Shown one piece after another: positions 15,314 to 25,464 of a stretch of 64,000 bases of DNA. The stretch lies in IMG/VR virus record IMGVR_UViG_3300028840_001735; one strand, written 5' to 3'. The position numbers and the translations under genes were made by a program. Source of the stretch: a virus. Position 1 is the first letter of the stretch, and each line of letters begins with the position of its first letter. Below the pieces are notes generated by a model. It saw nothing but the letters and a program-made list of their open reading frames with translations, did no database searches and was not told where the DNA came from.

Positions 15314-16503
15314 TCTATCACCTTTCGCGCTGTGAAATCCAACTTATAACCTTCGGTAGCTGTAAAGTAATGTCTAACCCTAGCAAAATAATAATCACCG
15401 GATAAACTTATATCTGGTAATTCTAATTTATGTATTTGCCGTGCAAATATATCTTTAACACCTATCGAAGTGCCACGTCCTACGATGAAGTTTTCTCGCT
15501 TTTTTCTCCACCACATCTGAGCCCAAACTTTAGCTTCTGCCGGTGTCTTAAACTTTATATCCGAAACAACCTCTATCGCATAATCTCCAAAAAATAATTT
15601 CATAACAGATCCGCCGGTTGTATAAGTGTCACCAATCGTTTCTGTTGCATCACCTGTATATTCCATATCAGGAACAGATTCACTATCATTGAACTCTTCT
15701 AATACAGTTTGTGGCGCTTCTTTTGTTGATCCTTGTATCCTTCCCTGTACTTGTAACTTTGTAACCGCACCAGATAAAGCTAACTCCGGTCTAAAATCTA
15801 TAATCGCACCATTAGTTCCAGGACCATATTCAAGAGTGTATTTTTCTTCTTGTTCTTTTTTTAAAGTGGCTGGGTCTCTAAAATGTAAAACCCAACCGTC
15901 GCCAAGTTGAAAGTCTACCCAGAATACATACCCCATTACATTCGCCATTGATTCCACATACTCATAATCTGTCATATCTACTTTTTGTGGTGTTACATAT
16001 CTATTCGGCGTTTCGTCTATATCTAAATGTCCAAAGCTATATGGATCTCTATTCGCTACCTGTTCAACGGCTTCATGAATCAAAACACTTTCACCGACGA
16101 TTCTTTCTTTACTTTTTTCAACCGCCGGTTTGTGTTGCATCATTAAAAAATCATGAGTATGCCCTATAATTTCTATCGTTGGAAAGCCAGATGAAGGATA
16201 AGCAATTTGAACGTTTGTAATAATTGTACGCCCTATAAAACTTAAACTAGAACCATAACCAAAGAATATATCTAAAGGATTTCCAGGTTGCCATAACTTA
16301 GAATCACTTAAAATAAAATCAGGGTTTATCAAAGTTACTCTAGCTTCATCAGCAATACCATCAGCACTTTCATATTCTAAACTCACAACAAACTTAGATA
16401 GATTAAGTCCTAACTCTATTTCACCTACAGAAACATCAAAACGCGGCGCTTCAAAATCCGTATTCTCAGAATCTAATATCGATGTTATAGGTGATAACTT
16501 CAT
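15310..16503 (-). CDS. baseplate hub protein, late-control gpD-like (Mu gp44 class)
   Basis: 397 aa. The C-terminal YYFARVRHYFTATEGYKLDFTARK is typical of the gpD family, and the gene lies between the tape measure region and the spike. Confidence 0.55.
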   Translation of the reverse strand: MKLSPITSILDSENTDFEAPRFDVSVGEIELGLNLSKFVVSLEYESADGIADEARVTLINPDFILSDSKLWQPGNPLDIFFGYGSSLSFIGRTIITNVQIAYPSSGFPTIEIIGHTHDFLMMQHKPAVEKSKERIVGESVLIHEAVEQVANRDPYSFGHLDIDETPNRYVTPQKVDMTDYEYVESMANVMGYVFWVDFQLGDGWVLHFRDPATLKKEQEEKYTLEYGPGTNGAIIDFRPELALSGAVTKLQVQGRIQGSTKEAPQTVLEEFNDSESVPDMEYTGDATETIGDTYTTGGSVMKLFFGDYAIEVVSDIKFKTPAEAKVWAQMWWRKKRENFIVGRGTSIGVKDIFARQIHKLELPDISLSGDYYFARVRHYFTATEGYKLDFTARKVID

Positions 16504-17411
16504 TACAAACCTGTTGGAACAATTCCAGATATATAATTAGAACTATTGCGAGTAAACGCTGTTTCCCTTAACGTTCGCTGATCAGTTTCTTTAGCTCCAA
16601 ATCCACCTTTGAATGTTATAGATTTCTGTGTAATAACTTCTTTACTTATTGCACCTACAGATGGTAACATTATAATTTCACCTTCACTTATAACCTGTTT
16701 TTCAGGATGTAATCTTCTTATTACATCACCTAGTAAAGGTGCTCTATATTCTTGGTATGCTAGCATCTCATAATAATCACCTTCTTTAGCGTTATGATAT
16801 CTAGTCCAAGGGTTAAATTTTGCTTCTAATGAAAACTCTGGTGCGCTACGTATTGTAATAGCACATCTAACACCACGTATACCACCCGATGCTTTAGGTG
16901 GATCAAAATATCTAATCGCACCTAGTTGTAAATAACCACGATCAAGAGAAACACTACCGTCGCCGTGTATAAAAGATACATGTGGTGGACGTTTGAGATC
17001 ATCGTTATACTTACTCCATTCTTTCAGTTTAGCAATTCTATCTGCCGGGGTTGTATCATCATCGGCGACAAAACTTTCAACAGAAAATGAAGCGGCGGCA
17101 GTGACTACACCTGTAATGCTTTCCGGCGGTCCTTCATGTAACGCAAAAAAGAAAGCATCAAACGAAATAACATCCGGTTTACCATTAGTAAACTGTACGA
17201 TCGGTTGAGTTTGGCCTAACGAAACAAACTCAACAAAGTTTGATCCGACTTCTTCGGATAAATTTTCAGGACCAAACTGTCCTACAACTGGATCTTCATC
17301 AAAGTCTAAATTTTTTATCACCCAAACGCTAGGGTCGTTAGATAGTAAATCGTTTATAACTCCTGCTATAGCGCCGGATGCTACTTGCCCTATTGATCTT
17401 GATAAACTCAT
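16503..17411 (-). CDS. tail/baseplate protein in the Mu gp43 / tube-initiator position
   Basis: 302 aa, directly after the tape measure gene. The tube-like segment VGQFGPENLSEEVGSNFVEFVSLGQTQPIVQFTNGKPDVISFDAFFF is present. The call rests mainly on position. Confidence 0.3.
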   Translation of the reverse strand: MSLSRSIGQVASGAIAGVINDLLSNDPSVWVIKNLDFDEDPVVGQFGPENLSEEVGSNFVEFVSLGQTQPIVQFTNGKPDVISFDAFFFALHEGPPESITGVVTAAASFSVESFVADDDTTPADRIAKLKEWSKYNDDLKRPPHVSFIHGDGSVSLDRGYLQLGAIRYFDPPKASGGIRGVRCAITIRSAPEFSLEAKFNPWTRYHNAKEGDYYEMLAYQEYRAPLLGDVIRRLHPEKQVISEGEIIMLPSVGAISKEVITQKSITFKGGFGAKETDQRTLRETAFTRNSSNYISGIVPTGL

Positions 17412-17414
17412 AAC

Positions 17415-19844
17415 TTACCTCGCAACCGGCATTCCACCGTGATAAACTACCGTTCCAGGTTGCCAATTCTTTTCACGTCCACCGCGCCGTTGTATATCTC
17501 GTTCAGCTTTTGAATTAGCCTTTGCAACCTCTCTACCATCTATATTTATTCTAGTGCATTTCTCTTTGTTTACAGAATCGGCGGCGGCTTCAGCAGCTTC
17601 GGCGGCTTTTCCGGCAGACTCCTTTAAATGCTCATGAGAAATGCCGATTTGTTTAGCTAAATCCATCATAAACTTACCTGAATTTTTCTCGGCTTCTAAA
17701 ATATATTTTTCTGGTGATAAATCTTTAGTTTCTAATTCAGCTTTATGAGTTTTAAAAATCCTAGATTCTTGTTTCATTCTTTCAGGTATATTATCTACAT
17801 ATCCCCTTTTTATTTCTTCATGTACTGTAACCGCAATCTTTTTCTTCGGTGGTACATAATACGCTGCTCGTAATGCGCTATCTACTTCATCCTTCCAATC
17901 TCCAATACCTAAAGTATCCATGAATTGAGCAAAACGCAATCTAGCAAAGTTAAACTTCTTTACTAACCAGTCTATACCATCAACAATCATATTAACTATA
18001 TTCATCCAAAGTTCTTTTATATAGTTACCCCATGACTGTTTTTCACGTTTAAAATAAAACAATGCTGCAACTAAAGCGCCAACGGCGGCAACAACTAAAC
18101 CAACGGCGGCGGTAGCGGCTACAACACCAACAGTTAAAGATAAAAAGAATGCTTTAACTGCCGCCGTCGCCGTTACCAACCAAGTTGTTATATTAAATAA
18201 ACCTGTAACAACTAATCTGGTTATACCTTGCGCAAATGCAAATCTTATGGCGCTTCCAACTGCTATAAAAGCAGTCTTTAAAGGTGCAAGTAGAGTGAGT
18301 AAGAAACCAAAAAACCCAGAAAATACTTTCCATAAACCTACTACAGCCATTTTTATAGGCCAAAATGCTATACCTAAAGAAACCAATGCGGCACTTATAC
18401 CCGCAAGCGTAACTCCATATTCCATCATTTTTGCTTTTGGACTATCACCAAAAGCTTCACCGGATATAAGTCCTATTCTGTGTAATACCCAATGTATCTC
18501 ACTCATTATTGTACTTAAATTCTTTAAACCTTTTTCTAAACCGATCACTCTTTGTGTCGTACTCTCGCCGTACTTATCAGATACTTCTTGTAAACGCATC
18601 CATTGCGTTTCATTTTCTTTCATAGGTTCACGTAAATCTTTTAATGCATACAAAAAATGATTTAATGATTCTGTTACACTTTTGAATGCCGCTTTTCCAC
18701 TTTCTAAAAATGGACCAAATATACCAATTGCTAAACTTTCCATTGAAGATTTGAACAGAATAAACGCGCCATGTAAATTGTCTAACTTAATTTCCGCCGC
18801 TTCTGTTGACGCACCCATACCGTCAACTATATTTTTTTGCAATTCTTTAGTTGCTACAGAACCAGTTTTAGCTAAAGCAATATACGCCCTTGATGCTCTT
18901 TGCGGAAATAAAACGGATTCAATTCTTGCACGTTCAGCAAAGTCAGGTATCTTATCTAAAGCTTCATGGAAATCAGATACAACATCTACCAACGGTCTAA
19001 ACCCACTGTTATCAGTTTTAACTAAACTAACCCCAAGTTGTTCCATTGCTTTTTTAGCTTCGCTAGTAGGATTAACCAACCTATCAACTATATTCCTTAA
19101 CAACATTCCACCAGTTGTGCTCTTATGCATTTTATCAGCTAGTTTACCTAATACAGCAACAGTTTCTTCTAAACTCATCCCCCATTTTATAGCCCCAGAC
19201 GCGCCATAAGCAATCGCTTCTGCCATTTCCGGCAAAGTAGTTGCCGATTTCTGTGATGCTACCGTCAACGCATCGGCAACCCTTGTCGCTTCTTTTACTT
19301 CTAAACCCATTGCCCTTGTAACACCGCCAATAAACTGCGCAGCTTCACCTAGCTCAATACCGGCAACGGCGGCGGCATCCAACGTCGGGCCTACAGCAGA
19401 TAAAATCTCGCTTGTATTAAACCCTAATATACCTAATTTTTCCATCGCAACTGCCGATTGCGTCGCACTGAACACAGATTCAATACCTAACTGTTTAGTT
19501 TTATCAATCAAGATTTTCATTTCTTCATCAGAAATGTCACGCATAACAGCTTTAATACTTGATAGTTGTTTCTCGTATTGTATAGCCTGAAAAGCACCAG
19601 CACCCATCGCGGCGGCAGCAGGCAAACCAGCCATTGAAAATTGACGCAACCCATCGGAAATACTTTTTGCACTAGCTTTGATACGATTAAACGCTTTAGA
19701 TAAAGAACTCTCTATTTTAGTTCCTGTTTGTGATGCTGATGTTTGTAATCCCTGGAACGAACGTTTACCACGATTAACACCAGCTTCTAACTTCGCCGGA
19801 TCTAACATAAGAATCGCGCCTAATCCCATTTGTTCAAGTGCCAT
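17415..19844 (-). CDS. tail tape measure protein
   Basis: 809 aa. The N-terminal core (SIKAVMRDIS...SAVAMEKLGILGFNTSEILSAVGPTLDAAAVAGIELGEAAQFIGGVTRAMGL) matches the TP901-type TMP core. There is a central hydrophobic Ala/Val/Gly-rich stretch, and the gene sits between the chaperone and hub genes. At ~0.15 nm per residue this suggests a tail of ~120 nm (inference). Confidence 0.85.
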   Translation of the reverse strand: MALEQMGLGAILMLDPAKLEAGVNRGKRSFQGLQTSASQTGTKIESSLSKAFNRIKASAKSISDGLRQFSMAGLPAAAAMGAGAFQAIQYEKQLSSIKAVMRDISDEEMKILIDKTKQLGIESVFSATQSAVAMEKLGILGFNTSEILSAVGPTLDAAAVAGIELGEAAQFIGGVTRAMGLEVKEATRVADALTVASQKSATTLPEMAEAIAYGASGAIKWGMSLEETVAVLGKLADKMHKSTTGGMLLRNIVDRLVNPTSEAKKAMEQLGVSLVKTDNSGFRPLVDVVSDFHEALDKIPDFAERARIESVLFPQRASRAYIALAKTGSVATKELQKNIVDGMGASTEAAEIKLDNLHGAFILFKSSMESLAIGIFGPFLESGKAAFKSVTESLNHFLYALKDLREPMKENETQWMRLQEVSDKYGESTTQRVIGLEKGLKNLSTIMSEIHWVLHRIGLISGEAFGDSPKAKMMEYGVTLAGISAALVSLGIAFWPIKMAVVGLWKVFSGFFGFLLTLLAPLKTAFIAVGSAIRFAFAQGITRLVVTGLFNITTWLVTATAAVKAFFLSLTVGVVAATAAVGLVVAAVGALVAALFYFKREKQSWGNYIKELWMNIVNMIVDGIDWLVKKFNFARLRFAQFMDTLGIGDWKDEVDSALRAAYYVPPKKKIAVTVHEEIKRGYVDNIPERMKQESRIFKTHKAELETKDLSPEKYILEAEKNSGKFMMDLAKQIGISHEHLKESAGKAAEAAEAAADSVNKEKCTRINIDGREVAKANSKAERDIQRRGGREKNWQPGTVVYHGGMPVAR

Positions 19845-19851
19845 AACAAAC

Positions 19852-20043
19852 CTATTTTGTTTTATTTTTTTTAGCCTTATCTTTTAAATGTTTGATTAAT
19901 CTTTCTAAATACTGTTCTAAATGTACATACGGCATTTCCATTGCTTCACTATAACTAACTGCACCTTTAGAAAAATATGTTATATTAAATATTTGATCAC
20001 AAACCTCCTGTTCTGAGATTATCGGGAAGTAATCGCAAAAAAA
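19852..20043 (-). other. -1 programmed-frameshift extension of the chaperone gene
   Basis: The minus strand reads GAC AAT TTT TTT GCG (T7 = plus-strand a-run 20037-20043), 7 codons before the stop. The -1 frame stays open for 61 more codons (CDYFPIISEQEV...LIKHLKDKAKKNKTK) to TAG at 19854-19852, 8 nt before the tape measure ATG. This 174-nt gap has no canonical start codon for independent translation. Confidence 0.55.
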
Positions 20044-20837
20044 TTGTCATATGTCCAATCTATGGCAATCTTCCATTCATAACCACACATAGGACTGTTA
20101 CACACACAATCTATAGACATATCAGGACCAATTGAATTATTGCCAGTTAAATAAAGTATTTCTTCAAAATCTCTTTTACCTATTTCATCTAAATCACCAT
20201 CAACTAAATCCATAGGTTGTCCGTTAACTTCAAAAATAGAACCAATAACTATCATCGATTCTATTTTTGATTCATCTATAGGTTTAGACCTTTCAATAGA
20301 AGACCATCTTACAGGTTGAAAACTCAATGATTCAACCGTCATATCACGCAATGGAAACGGATCTTTCAAATCATATTTCCATTGCGCATCAACTAGAGTT
20401 TCTGCCGTTCTTACTGGTAATGTATTCAAATCACCACAAAAACTAAACTTATTATTACATCTCGGACATTCAATGTCTGTATAAATATCTTCTCCCATAG
20501 CATCACGACGTAAAGCCATATATGCAAACATAACATCACCATGGTACATTTTATATATCTCAAGAATACGTTCTGAACTGTTCATTGATTCAAAATTATG
20601 TGGTCCTATTCTAGTGCACATTTCACTTAAAACAATTGCGGCATAACGAAACATAGACATCGGACCTTTGCCTTTTTGTTTCTGTTTCTTTCTTAGCTCT
20701 TCATTGCGTTTCAAATTCCAACGCCGAAAAGCTATTTCTCTGGAATATCCCCCACTTTGATCTATAATACCTAGCGGTAAATTGTCCCCCTGTTCTTCTA
20801 ACGTTTTTATTATTATATTCGTTTTGTTTTCTGACAC
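20019..20837 (-). CDS. tail assembly chaperone candidate (zero-frame product)
   Basis: 272 aa with a GTG start preceded by GGAGGTG. It lies between the tube and tape measure genes and contains Cys pairs CPRCNNKF and CVCNSPMCGYEW. Confidence 0.45.
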   Translation of the reverse strand: MSENKTNIIIKTLEEQGDNLPLGIIDQSGGYSREIAFRRWNLKRNEELRKKQKQKGKGPMSMFRYAAIVLSEMCTRIGPHNFESMNSSERILEIYKMYHGDVMFAYMALRRDAMGEDIYTDIECPRCNNKFSFCGDLNTLPVRTAETLVDAQWKYDLKDPFPLRDMTVESLSFQPVRWSSIERSKPIDESKIESMIVIGSIFEVNGQPMDLVDGDLDEIGKRDFEEILYLTGNNSIGPDMSIDCVCNSPMCGYEWKIAIDWTYDNFFAITSR

Positions 20838-20892
20838 AGTACACCTCCAATCGGTTTATAAAACCTTGATAGGCCCTACTGCCGGGCATTTA

Positions 20893-21333
20893 TTATATAG
20901 GCATAATATCATCGGCTTGGAATGTATACGTAATGATAGACATTTCGCCCTCATTCTCCATATCCGCGCCAGCAACATTGCGCCCAGAAACAAAAAGATT
21001 AGTAAAGCTAAACGGTCTTGCAGTACCATCATTACGATAATAAACCAACGTGCCGGCTTTACGGTATCCAGCTTGAACAGGTGATTGCCCTGACTTATAC
21101 CATGCTTCTAATGCCGCTACCTCAACATCATGATGCATAGGAACAGCACCGGTAAATTCAACCGGTGTTGTTTGCCCGCCACTTCTTTTAGTTCTATCCG
21201 GCATTGTTACTACTTCTAAACTCTCTTCAATGTCGTCTATTTTCGTCAAAGTAAGCACCGGAAGCCCAGTAACAACCAATTCGAAACTGTTGTTCGGAAT
21301 ATGATTTTCGTTTATTTTACCTTGTAAACCCAT
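20893..21333 (-). CDS. tail tube protein
   Basis: 146 aa. The pattern FELVVTGLP....IDDIEESLEVVTMPDRTKRSGGQTTPVEFTGAVP ... FTNLFVSG fits gp19/XkdM-type tube proteins, and the gene is adjacent to the sheath. Confidence 0.6.
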   Translation of the reverse strand: MGLQGKINENHIPNNSFELVVTGLPVLTLTKIDDIEESLEVVTMPDRTKRSGGQTTPVEFTGAVPMHHDVEVAALEAWYKSGQSPVQAGYRKAGTLVYYRNDGTARPFSFTNLFVSGRNVAGADMENEGEMSIITYTFQADDIMPI

Positions 21334-21387
21334 TATTGTTTTCTCCTATTAGCTAGTTCGCTCTTTACAGCGCCTATCACTATCAGA

Positions 21388-21846
21388 TTATGTTTCAACC
21401 GTAATATCAGGTTTAATAACAGCAGTCGCCGCAAGATTTGAACCCGCCGTAGGTGCGGCAGATACAACCAACTCCACATAGTCACCCTCAGCTAAAGCAA
21501 CCGCAGAAGATAATTCTACATCTTGTTTGGTTCCATCGGCGTCATCATGTGCCGTTGTAGCTTCGGCACCTGTAACAGCACTACCATTCAAATGCACTTG
21601 TACAGTGGTACTATCCGCCGTTCCACAAACGTCAATTGAAGTACGTAAACCTACAAGTTTACACGCTCTATTGATAATCTTTCCACCGATCGATGCAACG
21701 GCAATCGTTCCCTGGAAAGCATCTAACCCAATATCAGCATGAGCTAATTCAACCAACACATCGTACAACCTTTGATTTGCATATCCGCCGGATTCATCCA
21801 TAAACGCACCGGCTTTTCCTAGATCCTTTTTGAGAGTAGCTGTCAT
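21388..21846 (-). CDS. hypothetical protein inserted between sheath and tube genes
   Basis: 152 codons with an ATG preceded by AAGGAGAA. The protein is Ala/Thr/Val-rich and beta-like, with no recognisable motif. Confidence 0.5.
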   Translation of the reverse strand: MTATLKKDLGKAGAFMDESGGYANQRLYDVLVELAHADIGLDAFQGTIAVASIGGKIINRACKLVGLRTSIDVCGTADSTTVQVHLNGSAVTGAEATTAHDDADGTKQDVELSSAVALAEGDYVELVVSAAPTAGSNLAATAVIKPDITVET

Positions 21847-21877
21847 TTTTAAATTCTCCTTTAGCTATTAACTATAA

Positions 21878-24202
21878 TTAACTAGACGCTTCAAAAATAC
21901 CGGCTTTGCCGATACGTATTTTAAACCTTTCAACAGTACCAACCATCCTTAGTCTGATATCAGCATATAGATCGCCGGCTTCTTTTGTAACATCTGTATT
22001 ATTTTCACCATCTACCTTTAATAGAACTGCTTCTTCAAATGTATACGCTGTATCAAATGCACCGTTATTGTATTCTTCTCTAAAGAAACCTCGCAAAGAT
22101 GCCAACGCTAACTGTTGAGTTCTTACATTGTTTAGACTGAAAATAATCCAATCAAAAGACTCTTGTAAAACATGTTCATAATAGGACATCGCTTCCCTTT
22201 GATGCTTCCAACGCCATGTTGGATCAGTAGCAGGAATGCGATCGCCCCATATAACAAAGTTACCCTGTTTCTTTATAATAACAGGTATACCACGCGGATT
22301 GAGTATTTCTTGATCAAGAATCCTGTCACCAGTTGGTAGTTTCAAAATAGACGGCAGAGTTGCTTCAACACCGGCGGCAGCTTTGTGATAACCGAAATTA
22401 TCAACTGCCATTCTAGCTTCCCTACCATGTACCATTCCGGTTACAGTTACTAACTTTAAAGCACCTTCATTGTTACCTTCCGGATCTGCCATATAAGCAT
22501 AACTAGGAAAGATCCAAGCTGAATAAGTACTACGTCCGATAGTTGTATTTACATATGTATCAGCAGCATCATCAGTAGTAACGTTTGACGGTATTTCACA
22601 CCTATACTGATGATTTTTAGCATCGGCGTAAGCTTTACCGGCATTCTGAACGGCAGTAGCCGTAACACCTGGAGTAGCAAACTTAACCAGACCCATATTC
22701 CTATCAGCTATTTGATTGAATGGTGAAGTGTCTACATCCCAAAGTTGACTGGTATAATCGGCATCTGCAATCTCCGATGCACCATCCCTACCGCCTTCAA
22801 GTTCGATCGGCGCAACTACCATAAAATCATCACTGGTATCAGCAACTGCTGTCATATCTGAACCATCGGCAACAGTGATAACCTGATTAGTATTCGCTGT
22901 AATCCGAAATTTAGTTTTTGCATCGGCAGAGTTAGTCTTATCTGGATAAAGATACCCACCTACCAACTCATCAGGTTCAAACAGAATATAGTTTAGAACA
23001 ATGGTATCACTAGCAGATAACGCCGTTCCACCTGCCGTAATCGTAAACGCCGGCACCCATTTAACTGAATCAAACGCACTTCCTAAAGTGCAAGTACCGA
23101 TAGCACCTAGCACATCAGAAACCACATTTCCTTCGGTTGCACTAGTCATTGTGATCGTTATAGTCTGCGCAATGTTATCAGCAGAGAATACACTTGCATG
23201 AGTAGGATCACCACCACCTGGACTATTGATCGTATATATATAACCAATCGCCGTTAATGTTGTAGCTGTAACAGCACTGTTTTTACTATATCCGTTTGAT
23301 GGACGTGCCGCCGGTACAATAGCGCCGTCATATGAATCAGCAGCTACAATTTCATAGTTTGCGGTATCATCGTTTATAATATTTACCCAATACTTTGAAG
23401 AAGTATCGTCCATTGAAAGATTAGCATATGTAGTCACAAGATTACCGTCTACATATACATCAATTGCAAACTCATTATCTGGATCTTCTTCACCGTCACG
23501 AATCCTAAACGATACAGCTTTGGCTTCGTTTTCTCTAGTTAGATAAACTTGCATATCTGTAGGTGTAGCACCTAGATCCGTTGACATAGTTGAATCAGCA
23601 GTAACAGTGAAATCCCATTCGCTATTCCCATCATTCCAGGCACTACTGATGATCTTATACTGTGTAGAACCTACCTCGCCAAACTGAATGTAACCACCGT
23701 TATATTCATCCGGTTTAAACGTACCTTCTACAACCGTCGGAGATTCCGTTGCACCTAAAGATAGAATGGTTTCAGTAACCTGGTTTACATTATTCAGAGT
23801 AGTAGTGAACCGTTTCCTTTTACCGCCCCATCTTCCACCATTATGCGCCGTAATCGTACCAGCAGCTACAAGGGCAGAGGAGTTCCGAGTATAAATAGTC
23901 TTCTGTGCTGCAACTTCGTTTCCATCTGTAGCACGTACCGCTACAATTCCACCGGCACCGGCAGCGTTTTTATAATATTCATATATAGCATCAGGACATT
24001 GCCCTTCAGTTATATATTTACCAACACGCCTTTCAGCAATTTCTTTTGAAGACAACCAAATCAATTCAGAAGTTGGACCTTTTTCCAAAAGTCCGCCATA
24101 ACCTACCCAACCTTTAGCACCTGGAGTAATAGGTTTATCGCCTTCAACCTCTTGAATTTGAGTTCCGGCGCCCCTTATTGGACCATAAACTTTTGTAGCC
24201 AT
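21878..24202 (-). CDS. contractile tail sheath protein
   Basis: 774 aa. The C-terminal region LNPRGIPVIIKKQGNFVIWGDRI...WRWKHQREAMSYYEHVLQESFDWIIFSLNN...LRGFFREEYNNGAF matches the conserved sheath C-terminal domain pattern. A strong SD (AGGAGAA) precedes the start. Confidence 0.85.
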   Translation of the reverse strand: MATKVYGPIRGAGTQIQEVEGDKPITPGAKGWVGYGGLLEKGPTSELIWLSSKEIAERRVGKYITEGQCPDAIYEYYKNAAGAGGIVAVRATDGNEVAAQKTIYTRNSSALVAAGTITAHNGGRWGGKRKRFTTTLNNVNQVTETILSLGATESPTVVEGTFKPDEYNGGYIQFGEVGSTQYKIISSAWNDGNSEWDFTVTADSTMSTDLGATPTDMQVYLTRENEAKAVSFRIRDGEEDPDNEFAIDVYVDGNLVTTYANLSMDDTSSKYWVNIINDDTANYEIVAADSYDGAIVPAARPSNGYSKNSAVTATTLTAIGYIYTINSPGGGDPTHASVFSADNIAQTITITMTSATEGNVVSDVLGAIGTCTLGSAFDSVKWVPAFTITAGGTALSASDTIVLNYILFEPDELVGGYLYPDKTNSADAKTKFRITANTNQVITVADGSDMTAVADTSDDFMVVAPIELEGGRDGASEIADADYTSQLWDVDTSPFNQIADRNMGLVKFATPGVTATAVQNAGKAYADAKNHQYRCEIPSNVTTDDAADTYVNTTIGRSTYSAWIFPSYAYMADPEGNNEGALKLVTVTGMVHGREARMAVDNFGYHKAAAGVEATLPSILKLPTGDRILDQEILNPRGIPVIIKKQGNFVIWGDRIPATDPTWRWKHQREAMSYYEHVLQESFDWIIFSLNNVRTQQLALASLRGFFREEYNNGAFDTAYTFEEAVLLKVDGENNTDVTKEAGDLYADIRLRMVGTVERFKIRIGKAGIFEASS

Positions 24203-24221
24203 TTCTTTATTTTCTCCTATT

Positions 24222-25463
24222 TTAGATTATTGCATCAATGTCACCTACAAGATTGAAATTTTGTACTAGGTAACCGTCTTCAGAATCCTTTGCCCAAACG
24301 CAAAAATCCATAACTCGAAAAGTAGCAACCCACGAATGTAAATCATTTTCGTTTGTGGTTCCTGCTTCTTCAAATTCTTCTACTAACCAAAGTCTATATC
24401 GTTCGTCAAGTCCTGTCGATACAATTATCTTATTATTTGCAAAATATCTTTTTATTTGATTAGATAAACGATAATGATCTACCAGTTTATCCGTTACACA
24501 CCTTAACGTAAAGAACAAATCACCCTGTATTGGACCAGGTACTATTATTGCGGAACCATCCGACTTATTACCACAAAAATCTTCACCTGGTAACTGAATC
24601 GCGTTTAGAAACGTTACGTTTTCCAGTATAATCTGTGGTATATGTTCAACTTCATACCAATCACGACTAGTAGCACTAGCAATGATAGGGCGGTATATCA
24701 ATCTAATCCACAATACTACACCTGTATTCACCGAACCTGTTAGCGTAATTACCTTGGTTCCACTATCATAACTATCCAAAATATCAGTGTCATGTTCTGA
24801 ATCAGTATCATGATTGAACACTGAATCTACATCAATAATATTATAGTCTACATCAATCGGGTAACCATCTAGATCAAGAGTTGTTCCAGTTGTTTGCATA
24901 GTAACCGGAAATCTTGCAATACAAGAAACATTACTTGTCATATTTCGGATTACCGATCTCAAAACTATATCTTCTTCTTCTGAATCTAAAAGTGCACTAT
25001 AGGCAACTACAATTTCCTCTAGTTCAGGGGTTTCTGTCTCATCTGTAGTGCTCAAATTGACAATCACTTGTAGTTTACGTTCTGTAACTGGAAAGGTGGT
25101 AATATTGTTCGCAATCTCGGCTTCTGTGTTCCAGTTGGTTGTATCTATCTCCCAACTGTCACCATCCCAATAATATTGATCAGTACCATCACCTAAACGA
25201 AACCCCGCGCTTGTAACCTGTGAATTGTTGACTGTTTTATGATCGATTACAGCGTAGAAACCTAACCACTGCTTTACCGCCGTTGGATTAGCAATCCATG
25301 ATTTCACATACAAATCGTCATCTGTTGGGTAGGTATCTGTACCATATGTACCCAATTGCGCTTTATTGGTTATAGGATTCAATCTGGTATTCGCACCTAA
25401 AGTGATCCTGTTTCTATCCTGTTCTCGCCATGTGAAATGCTTTATAAATTTTCTTAAATCCAT
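24222..25463 (-). CDS. hypothetical tail/neck protein
   Basis: 413 codons, immediately upstream of the sheath gene in transcription order. Confidence 0.4.
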   Translation of the reverse strand: MDLRKFIKHFTWREQDRNRITLGANTRLNPITNKAQLGTYGTDTYPTDDDLYVKSWIANPTAVKQWLGFYAVIDHKTVNNSQVTSAGFRLGDGTDQYYWDGDSWEIDTTNWNTEAEIANNITTFPVTERKLQVIVNLSTTDETETPELEEIVVAYSALLDSEEEDIVLRSVIRNMTSNVSCIARFPVTMQTTGTTLDLDGYPIDVDYNIIDVDSVFNHDTDSEHDTDILDSYDSGTKVITLTGSVNTGVVLWIRLIYRPIIASATSRDWYEVEHIPQIILENVTFLNAIQLPGEDFCGNKSDGSAIIVPGPIQGDLFFTLRCVTDKLVDHYRLSNQIKRYFANNKIIVSTGLDERYRLWLVEEFEEAGTTNENDLHSWVATFRVMDFCVWAKDSEDGYLVQNFNLVGDIDAII

Positions 25464-25464
25464 C

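Noticed and set aside
18247-19209. Two plus-strand ORFs (137 and 175 aa) inside the tape measure gene
   Set aside because: They lie antisense to a well-supported TMP ORF, have no SD, and do not fit the uniform gene orientation.
20701-20889. 62-aa minus-strand ORF overlapping the start of the chaperone gene
   Set aside because: It is an alternative frame largely inside 20019..20837 and the tube-chaperone junction. The GTG start with GGAGGTG explains the region better.
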